From: Podarcis pityusensis
Taxonomy: Eukaryota
Assembly: GCA_964106645.2 (NCBI GenBank)
Contig: OZ067040.1
Strand: one strand, 5' to 3'
Length of the DNA: 64,000 nt
Within the stretch, counting starts at the first letter, position 1. Each line of letters starts with the position of its first letter. The position numbers and the translations under genes are program-made. Shown in pieces: positions 52,605 through 61,877 of the stretch. The notes beneath the pieces are model-generated. The model saw nothing but the letters and a program-made list of their open reading frames with translations. It ran no database searches and had not been told where the DNA came from.

Positions 52605-54355
52605 GTGGAACTCAGGTAGCTGTGGAATCTAGTAAAAGCTGTTTGCTATTAAACAAGTTGGAAAGTTGAATTCAACACATTTTTCTGTTGCTGAAGTTCT
52701 CAAATTTTGTCCTATTGAGCCTTGTCAAGTCAGGTGAGGAAGAAAATTTGACTAAAATTGATTAAAATAAAAGATAATAAAGCAATGTGCTAGCTGACAT
52801 ATATAGTGCTGTCAAGCTTTCTGTATACTGCTGTCCCAAGACATTCTGCTGCCTCAAGCAGAGATGCAAGTGCCCTCTCCACCTAGCCAATGCTTTAAAA
52901 GTCTTATTTGCACCCTGCAGAAACCAGCTTATCTACTCTCCTCTGCCTGCCCCCAACTTCAAAATGTCACTTCACCTTGCTGCATGTCAGGACCACCCCT
53001 GATTATGAAAAAAAGAAACTATAGACATAATTGTTTGCCCTAAATGCTTAGGAAGGGCTTTTCTAACTGCCTACACAATGTGTTCTGGATGGAATTGAGT
53101 CATAGATAAATTCTACACAAGTTTGGGTCTTGAATAAGCTTTGCCAAATGCAAGTCTTGCAGCTGAAACTTTTTTGTTATGATCCTTTGTGTGAAGTAGA
53201 TCTCATTACAAGGCAATGGGGAGGGGAACAACTTCATGGTGATAAGAAGAAGAAAAATCATTTGAGTCCATCCTAAGATTTAAATGTGTGTTTTATTATG
53301 ATGTGCAGATTTTTAGATGTTGATAGCTTCCCCATGGATTTACATTAAAATTCAAATCTCTGTCTAAAATTCAGTAGCTTCGTAATACACTGCACAACAG
53401 TTCTATAAGCAGCTTTTAAAAATTAATTTTATGTATGATTTTGTGCTGCAAGAAGTATAAAGCAAGCACTTGCTGACCTTTAATATTTAATCTTCTGGTT
53501 GCACATCATCATATTTTCTTCTTAGTACTTTTCTTTTTTTAGCTCCAGTACCAGAGGGATTCGGAAGGAAAATGAAAATTACCCCTTTACTGAAATTCAT
53601 CAAAGATGCCTCCTCCATATTGTCATTCTAAAAAAGGACATTAAACAATATGATGAATCCACTGAGAGTATGTTTCCTTAGCTTTACAATGGAGGATTTC
53701 TAGATTGCTATAGAAGAAAACAATGTACATTGGTAATGGGCTACCTACATGCCTGATCAGTGATGCAGCACACATAACACAGTAGCAGAATAGGATTGAT
53801 TTGGAAATGTCAGTCTTTTGTGAGAGACGGGGCTTATAGAAAGGGAGAAAGAAATCAAGAAAATATTGAATGCCTCATCCTAAAATTGTATTAATTAGGA
53901 TTGATGCAGGATACTAAGAAATGGTTCTTAGCGGCAAGAAATAACAAGGAAGATTTTCCAAAAAAGCAAGGAAGATTTTCATTTTAGCTGGCTCCTACAC
54001 TATGGAGTGAGGCTTATGGCCTCACTAATTCCTCACCACACCCACCCTAGTACAGTGGTGTACCACATGCAAAAGACCAGAAAATCCAACCTGCCATTGT
54101 TTTGTGATTTTATTCATTGCATTTAAATTATTTACACCTTGCGCTTCACAAGATAGCTTCAATATGGCTTGCAATAAGGAGGCTAAAAATGTCATAAGAT
54201 TTACAAAACAATAAAAACAGAATAAATATCTATACAATGATGAACACATATAAATATGAATAAATATAAAAGCCAGTGGGCATGACAAGGAAAACATGAA
54301 CATAAGTAAAATTTGGAGATGGCAATTAAATAGAACCATTCCCATGATAAATAGA

Positions 54356-54540
54356 AGATCATAAGAACCTACTGGAATAGTCCAGTGGCTCATCTAGTCT
54401 AGTGTACTGTTTTCACAGTGGCCAACCAGACGTCTATAGAGAGTCTGAAAGTAGGACCTGGAAGAGCTATCCCCTCCTGTGGTTTCCAGCAAGTGGTATT
54501 CAGAAACTATGAAAAAATGGAAACTATGACTGATAGTCAA
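54356..54540 (-). mobile_element. CR1 3' UTR fragment
   Basis: CATAAGAA...CATCTAGTCTAG...CACAGTGGCCAACCAGA, the reverse complement of a squamate CR1 3' terminus. Confidence 0.65.
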
Positions 54541-54700
54541 GTTCCCAAAGCAATTGAACTGGTGATCTAAACTATATGGCCAAGTGTGAACTCTATCCAC
54601 TGACCATTGTAGATCTCATGTGTCAAAATCACAAGATTTCTTTTGGCATAAGGTACATTCTGAGGAAACAACCCTTATTGCTGATGGTCACACCTAAATA

Positions 54701-54925
54701 CAGTGGTACCTCAGGTTAAGTACTTAATTCATTCCTGAGGTCCGTTCTTAACCTGAAGCACCACTTTAGCTAATGGGGCCTTCTGCTGCTGCTGCGCTGC
54801 TGGAGCACAATTTCTGTTCTCATTCTGAAGCAAAGTTCTTAACCCGAGGTACTATTTCTGGGTTAGTGGAGTCTGTAACCTGAAGCGTATGTAACCTGAC
54901 GGGTATGTAACCCGAGGTACCACCG
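54701..54925 (+). mobile_element. Tc1/mariner (Tigger-like) MITE, copy 3
   Basis: TA-CAGTGGTACCTC...GAGGTACCACCG-TA. Homologous to 6221-6432. Confidence 0.85.
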
Positions 54926-55949
54926 TAAACCATTGCTGATCCCTTTTTATTGGCTTCGATGCCATTGAAATGTGAGACAAAAGTACAAATATGAAGAAAA
55001 CCGAGGCTGTAAAACTGATATGTGAAACATATTATCAAATCCTCTACACAGATACAGCACTGATACACTATATCAAATGTAGCCTGCAGGCTGTCCCTTC
55101 CCTTTTTACCACAACTTCAGTTTATCCAAACGGTGGTTAGTTTTAACTACAATTTACTCAAGCGTGCCAACTTCAAACCTTTGTTTATGATGTAGGCTTG
55201 CTTCAATAAACAATGGTTAATCAGAACTTTGTGCTTAAAATAACTGCCATGGAAATATGTTGATTATTCTTAGAATTTGTAGAAATGACATTACAAAATA
55301 CAGTTTATGACAGATTTTCCTTGGCAGCATGCCTTCCAAGAAAAGCCCTCTATTTTAGCTAAGAAAGGAACAGTGTGTAATCCTGGTGAAATAAAAGGAG
55401 AAATGGCTAGAGTGGTAAAACAACATCAGTTTCCAAATTACATATTCATGACTTTCACAAAACTCAAATTTAAAGTACCTTTCCAACTGACTTATGGGAG
55501 ACTGATCATATTTAGTCTGGTTTTGAAATTGTATTAGAACTTTTCTACAGAAGCACGTTCAGTTTGCAAGGCTGGTATCAGAACAGTTGGAATTTATTCC
55601 ATTTCATTTAACTTTATCAGCTAAGGATTATCCATCCAAAAAACGTATTTGGATGATAAAGCATTTTGTTCTATTTGTTATCTGAAATAATGTAGAATTC
55701 CAGTCAGGTATTACTATCTTTGGAACACTGGAAGTATAGAAGCTCTGCTGAGCCATCTGTTATGCTCTTTAAAATGTTTAGGGGAGAGTTTCCCCCCGAA
55801 ACTTTTTTCCTTTAGGAAACATTTCCCACATTACCCTGCCTGCTATAGAATCCCTAAGCCTCTTTTCCAGAACCACAATGGATAGCTGTCTGCAATCATT
55901 AAAGGACCCATAGTTAATTCTGTAGTTACATTGAAGCTACATCCCTTGC

Positions 55950-56202
55950 TGAGGCTCCAGTACTTTGGCCACCTCATGAGAAGAGAAGACTCCCTGGAAA
56001 AAACCCTGATGTTGGGAAAGATGGAGGGCACAAGGAGAAGGGGACGACAGAGGACGAGATGGTTGGATAGTGTTCTCAAAGCTACCAGCATGAGTTTGAC
56101 CCAACTGCAGGAGGCAGTGGAAGACAGAAGTGCCTGGCGTGCTCTGGTCCATGGCGTCACGAAGAGTCGGACACGACTAAACGACTAAAGAACAACAACA
56201 AC
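55950..56202 (+). mobile_element. RTE-BovB LINE 3' end, 5'-truncated
   Basis: Translates LRLQYFGHLMRREDSLEKTLMLGKMEGTRRRGRQRTRWLD...WRALVHGVTKSRTRL. (CAA)n tail. 11-bp TSD ACATCCCTTGC (55939-55949, 56203-56213). Confidence 0.92.
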
Positions 56203-58045
56203 ACATCCCTTGCGTCTGAAGGTGAAGGGAAAGCCATATCCCCAGGCTGGGTTGGAGGGAGGGTTAGGTAAGAGTAGAAGGGAGTGCTCTGCAGGTAGCA
56301 CTGGGCCATGGATGCTGAGAACATGAAAAGCTTTTCTCATGCTTCTTTCCTCCTGCGACCCTCTTCCCAACTTCTCTTGCAACATGTGTGTTTCCTGTCC
56401 CTGTATCTACCACCAACCATTTAGTTTGGCTCCAGCTTCCATTGAAATCTTACCTTGGACTTGATTATTCTGCACATATTTACAGTCAGTGCAACATTCA
56501 TTGATGTTATTTGCAAGATCTACATTCTCAAGCAAATCAAAAGCAATTGTCTGTTATACACTCATAACATAAATGTATTGTTTGTTTTTCAAGAGCTGCA
56601 ATAAAAATAGCTGTATTACTGAGCAGTAAATAATTTGATGTGGAAAATTTTAGTTAGCTTCCTTACAGATGATGGTGGCTTGTAAATTAAACCTTATGTA
56701 TTAAACAATGATGTAGATCAAATTTTCATAGTATTTTTTAAGGGGGAGGGGAAGATTTTACATATTATAGTTTTCAATAGAAATGTTTGTAAAGACATTT
56801 AATATTATATGTTCTAGTTTTCTGGTTTCTGCGGTACCTTTTCATTATATTTGTTTGCTTTGATCTGTTGGGGTACTTAGCTTTATGTACAGTTGTTGGA
56901 CATAATCTACCATTATTGGGTGCAATCAAACACCATTAAATTCAATGAGAGCTATGCTATTGACTTCAATCAAATGTTTGATTTCTCTCACTGTAATCAC
57001 TAGTGAATGATCTGACTTGTGTGACTCATTCTCATAACAGAGCATTATTGATTTTTCTCTGTGGGACTTTTCTCTCCTGAATGTAAAGACACATTTTTCT
57101 TTCTCTTTCTTCTTCTGGATTGCCTTTTCTCCAGAAATCAATACACTTTACTAAATTTATAGAGTGTCTTATTAAAAATAATTAGTCAGAACAAAATGAA
57201 GTTCTGCCTTTTTTACTCAGATTGTATTATCTTTTTGGGAAAACATAAATATTCAATAACTTAACTAGCATATCTTATATGATTCACACTGTATAAGAAA
57301 CACAAATGTTTATGTTGTTAGGATGAATGAGAGAAGACAGAAACTCTCCGTGGAGGAATTTGGCATTTTTTTCATTCATTGAGATTCATTCTTAGCAAGA
57401 GGATTACAACCATGAGAACTTGTGTTGGCCTGCATCAATGGTAGAAATTTTCACAGTTTAACATGATGGTGGGTGTGCAAAGTTAGCATTCACTGGGGCT
57501 CCCAGTTTGCAGCAATCAAAATTTGTTTGGGACATTAAGGGTGGTAGTAAGGTATAGAAACCAGGAGCAAAGTTTTGCACAAAGCAACAAGTATCTCTTT
57601 CCAACAGCAGCCAACCGGACTTGTCTCTCGTATTCTGAATTAAAGACTCCATGTACCTATCACAGCTAAGAGCTATTGATAGAAATCCCCATAAATTGAA
57701 CTAAACCTTTCTGTAGAATTTATTAATTAATTAAATTGATCTTCTGTATCAAAAGAACATACAAAATGCATCAAACATAAGCAATACGATTTTAATAAAA
57801 ATCCCAATCACTGTGATTTGAGTATCCTGGGAAAATAATTTACTGTGACTAAAATTTACTGTGTCTTTAAGCTGCCACAAAGACTGTTTTTTTGCTGAAA
57901 TAAATAAATAAAAGAAAAAAGAATATTAGACTGTTTATTTGCTATCAGGTCATTTTACTCTCCTTCAAATCTTTCCATAAAATATTTTATTAAACTTATT
58001 ATTACTATTATATTTAAAACATGTAAAAATGTAACCACCCATCTA

Positions 58046-58441
58046 CCGTATTTTTCGCCCCATAGGACGCACCTAGATTGGGGGGGGGAATAAAGGGGGG
58101 AAAAAATATTTTCCCCCCAGGCGCGGGGCTGGCGTGGGGGAAGCCCGAGCTTCCCCTGACCCCAGCCCCCAGAACAGGCTGCGGACATCTGCAGCACACC
58201 CCGTGCTTCGGGCTGCAGGCTGCCACCCGCAAGCCTTGCGCGCCTGGTGGGACCTCCTGCCGGGCGCGCGAGGCTTGCGGATAGCTTCCTGAAGCCTGGA
58301 GAGCGAGAGGGGTCGGTGCGCACCGACGCCTCTCGCTCTCCAGGCTTCAACGAAAGGCTGCATTCGCCCCATAAGATGCACACACATTTCCCCTTCATTT
58401 TTGGAGGGGGAAAAGTGTGTCCTATGGGGTGAAAAATACGG
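58046..58441. mobile_element. GC-rich Tc1/mariner (pogo/Tigger-like) MITE
   Basis: TIRs CCGTATTTTTCGCCCCATAGGAC / GTCCTATGGGGTGAAAAATACGG, TA flanks, internal 60-bp palindrome. Confidence 0.85.
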
Positions 58442-58950
58442 TACTTTAGCAGAGTTTAATTCATTTCTGCTAAGGCAGCTGCTTGCAGGAATATTGAGGG
58501 GTTGTGGAGATAATGTTTGATAAAGGATTTCCTTGCATATCACTCCATCCATCTGACATATTCTCTATCCAAGGGGGAATATGGGAAGAAGTAACAGTAA
58601 CTTAGATGAGATGTAAATTAGATTCCAATGTCCCTTGAAGTATTGATTTACACTTATGGAAAGAGATGTATCAATTACAAATATAGCTCAAACAAATGTT
58701 TCACCTGCTTTTTCCTGATATTTTGAAAATTTTGCCAACAAAACAACAACTCATTAGGAAATATTGGTGACTCAACTTGGGAAATCCTGCATGCAGAACA
58801 ACTGCTCTACCAGTGAGCCATTTATTTACTTATAGGATTCCTGAAGCAGATTTTTCTCAGATGGTGTTGTTCCACCACTTAGTGGAACAATAATGTATAA
58901 TGTATGACATTGTTACCATGGGGTAACATTACAATAATTTAACGCTTGAT

Positions 58951-58982
58951 GATGACTTCCTATTTCCATCTTCCCTTCACAG
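58951..58982 (+). promoter_or_regulatory. FUT9: Splice acceptor of the FUT9 coding exon
   Basis: cttcctatttccatcttcccttcacAG|ATCAAATTATG. Confidence 0.85.
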
Positions 58983-58990
58983 ATCAAATT

Positions 58991-60067
58991 ATGACATCAT
59001 CACCCAAAGGAATTTTCCGGCCATTTCTGTTTATCTTCATTGTGCTGGGATGCTTCATGGCATGTCTGCTTATTTATATCAAACCGACAAACAGCTGGAT
59101 ATCTGGTCCCATTGAATCAGCCAGCTCTGTTCTAAAAATGAAGAACTTCTTCTCCACCAAAAATGATTATATCAATGAGACAACTATTCTGATATGGGTA
59201 TGGCCGTTTGGCCAGACATTTGATCTGAAATTCTGCCCAACATTTAACATCCACGGGTGCCATCTGACTACAGACCGCACACTATATAACCAGTCTCATG
59301 CCGTTCTTATTCACCACAGAGATATCAGTTGGGATCTGACTAATTTACCTCAGCAACCTAGGCCACCATTTCAAAAATGGATCTGGATGAACTTGGAATC
59401 ACCAACACACACTCCACAAAAGAGTGGGATTGAGCATCTATTCAATTTGACCCTCACTTATCGTCGAGATTCAGACATTCAAGTGCCTTATGGCTTTATG
59501 GTAGTTAGCACAAGCTCCTTTCCATTTGAAATGCCGAATAAAGAAAGACTGGTGTGTTGGGTGGTGAGTAACTGGAACCCAGAGCATGCTAGGGTCAAAT
59601 ATTATAATGAACTAAGTAAATACCTTGAGATCCATACCTATGGACAAGCATTTGGAGACTATGTGAGTGATAAAAATTTGATCCCAACCATCTCCGCTTG
59701 TAAGTTTTACCTTTCCTTTGAGAATTCTATCCACAGAGACTATATCACAGAGAAGCTTTACAATGCTTTTCTTGCTGGATCTGTGCCAGTCGTTCTAGGT
59801 CCTCCTAGAGAAAACTATGAGAATTACATCCCTGCTAGTTCTTTCATTCACGTGGAGGATTTTCTCTCTCCAAGGGACCTCTCAGAGTATCTTCTTTTGC
59901 TCGACAAAAATGATAAACTGTATGTTAGCTACTTCGACTGGAGGAAGGATTTTTCAGTGCACCTTCCTCGATTTTGGGAATCACATGCATGCCTTGCCTG
60001 TGACCATGTAAAAAGACACCAGGAATACAGGTCGGTTGGCAATTTAGAAAAATGGTTTTGGAATTAA
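58991..60067 (+). CDS. FUT9: Alpha-1,3-fucosyltransferase 9 (GT10, Lewis x synthase), 358 aa, single coding exon
   Basis: MTSSPKGIFRPFL followed by a TM segment. Motifs VLIHHRDI, WMNLESP, VVSNW, KFYLSFENSIHRDYITEKL and the C-terminus LEKWFWN match FUT9. Polypyrimidine tract and CAG acceptor 8 nt before the ATG. Confidence 0.98.
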   Translation: MTSSPKGIFRPFLFIFIVLGCFMACLLIYIKPTNSWISGPIESASSVLKMKNFFSTKNDYINETTILIWVWPFGQTFDLKFCPTFNIHGCHLTTDRTLYNQSHAVLIHHRDISWDLTNLPQQPRPPFQKWIWMNLESPTHTPQKSGIEHLFNLTLTYRRDSDIQVPYGFMVVSTSSFPFEMPNKERLVCWVVSNWNPEHARVKYYNELSKYLEIHTYGQAFGDYVSDKNLIPTISACKFYLSFENSIHRDYITEKLYNAFLAGSVPVVLGPPRENYENYIPASSFIHVEDFLSPRDLSEYLLLLDKNDKLYVSYFDWRKDFSVHLPRFWESHACLACDHVKRHQEYRSVGNLEKWFWN

Positions 60068-61356
60068 ACTCCTATCCCTTACTTGCACTTTACATATATA
60101 TTTTTAAAATCTAACAAAACCATTATTCCAAGTGAAGATGGTGGGGGGAATCCCTCCAGAATATGTGACATCTTTGTTTCCTGGATACAACATATTCCAG
60201 TTACACTATCTCTGGATCATTCATCCAAAACTCTCCTTACTTTCCACAGAAAGGTATCTCATTAAAAAAGACTAATGATGTCACGGACATTGGCCATGTT
60301 CTGTGTTGTTGACTTATTTGGAGAGTTGATCATTTTATTTTATATAGATGTGACTTTGAAAAGGAATTAAGAGCTGGCAGCCTGAACAGAAGTTTAATTA
60401 TTTTGTTAAAGCAATCAGCGCTATGGTGACTTCTTGTTATATTTTCATCAAATGCAAACACAAATATCATTTTTTGCAATGTGTACTGAGAAAAACTGAG
60501 AAGTAACTTATGTGGACACTTATTAGAGATCTGTATGTGAAACTGGTGCACCATGGTTGCACAAATTATTCCTCCTGAGCCACTGGCATGCTATCTTATT
60601 TATATTTTGTTGGAAATCCTGCTATGTATATAGCTGGTTATGTGCACTGAATAGTAATTTATTGTTTACCATTTCTTTTTAAAACTTCCCCCCATTTTTT
60701 ATTTGTTTGTAATACAGCAGTCACTGGCCAATACATAGAGTAATGGTGTTTACACTGGCTCAGATAGTTTCTTTCTGGGAGAAAACAGGCTTAGAAAAAA
60801 AATTAAAATTTCTAGCTAAGATTCAATATAGGATTCAAAGAAAAAATATTTGTGAGTTCAACTCTTTAGTGAAATACACATGTGACCTTCTATGCCATTT
60901 TATATACTGCGTACAAGGTACAGTTCCAAAAGCAGTTTTCTATGAAGCATGGAAGGCTTCTACTGAGTAAAAATAAGTCTAAAGACCCGTTTAGCTCATG
61001 GAACTAGTTTCCTAATTATTTGAAATCTGGCCTTGGTAAACAAATACATTTTTTTAAAAATGTGCATTTTCCTCCATCTACTCTAGAATGCTAGTTGATT
61101 GACAAAGTGAACATTTTCTATCCTTGGCGAAGTATTAAGTGGCATGCTTTGAAACCACACAGTCAGAATTAAATACGAACTGAGTGCTTTGTTGAAATGA
61201 AGATTCAGAAGGCAGCAAATGAAAGTCTGTTTCCATTTGGGGACAAAGGAAGCAGCTTTATACCAGGTAAGACTATTTGTCCATCTAGCAGAGGCTGTTC
61301 ATCATTTCAGGATGCAGAAATATTTCCACATCAACTGCTACCTGATGCTTTTAACT

Positions 61357-61431
61357 GGAGATCCCACCAGTTCAGCCTGGGGCCTTCTGCATAACAAAGC
61401 TCATGCTCCACTTCTGAGCTTGGTCCCTCCC
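61357..61431 (-). mobile_element. Degenerate tRNA-derived SINE head
   Basis: cctggggccttctgcat...tgctccacttctgagct...ccctcc resembles a reversed squamate SINE head. A similar fragment lies at ~58776-58820. Confidence 0.4.
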
Positions 61432-61709
61432 ATAAGCAATAAGCAATCTTTTTTGTTGTTGTTTATCTGATAGGACCACTGTTTCAACAGTAGGTAGATA
61501 TTTTATCTAATGCCTTGAAAAGAGTAAAAGATTTATCAGTTAGGTGACAATCTTATACCTGGGAGTAATCACCACTGAACTAAGTGGGACTTCTGGGTAG
61601 CTGGGTGCACAGAATTCTATTTACAGATAGGTAGCCGTGTTGGTCTGCCATAGTCAAAATAAAAAAATCCTTCCAGTAGCACCTTTAAGACCAACTAAGT
61701 TAGTTCTTG

Positions 61710-61748
61710 GTATGAGCTTTCGTGTGCAAGCACACTTCTTCAGATACC
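61710..61748 (-). ncRNA. Minimal hammerhead ribozyme motif (tandem copy A)
   Basis: Minus strand GGUAU CUGAAGA A GUGUGC-UU-GCACAC GAAA GC UC^ AUAC(C). Confidence 0.75.
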
Positions 61749-61787
61749 TTCCAGTAGCACCTTTAAGACCAACTAAGTTAGTTCTTG

Positions 61788-61825
61788 GTATGAGCTTTCG
61801 TGTGCAAGCACACTTCTTCAGATAC
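61788..61825 (-). ncRNA. Minimal hammerhead ribozyme motif (tandem copy B)
   Basis: Core identical to copy A, 78 nt away. Confidence 0.75.
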
Positions 61826-61831
61826 GAAGTA

Positions 61832-61877
61832 TTTGGTATCTGATGAAGTGTGCTTGCACACGAAAGCTCATACCAAG
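61832..61877 (+). ncRNA. Minimal hammerhead ribozyme motif (FUT9-sense copy)
   Basis: UUUGGUAU CUGAUGA A GUGUGC-UU-GCACAC GAAA GC UC^ AUACCAAG. Predicted cleavage after C61869. Confidence 0.78.

Noticed and set aside
55843-56188. Host-gene ORFs around 55.9-56.2 kb
   Set aside because: BovB ORF C-terminus and its antisense frames.
57850-57897. Short Penelope-like end fragment (gtctttaagctgccacaaagact)
   Set aside because: Too short and degenerate, with no hammerhead core adjacent.
57955-58552. 147-159 aa ORFs antisense to the FUT9 intron
   Set aside because: They span a GC-rich MITE and show no transposase or other domain.
58946-58990. N-terminal MMMTSYFHLPFTDQI extension of the FUT9 ORF
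   Set aside because: Mostly the intronic polypyrimidine tract upstream of the acceptor at 58982. The conserved start is ATG 58991.
61670-61825. 78-bp direct repeats as a CRISPR-like array or coding repeat (ORF 61637-61843)
   Set aside because: Eukaryotic DNA, no spacers, no cas genes. Explained by a TSD-flanked Penelope-like insertion.
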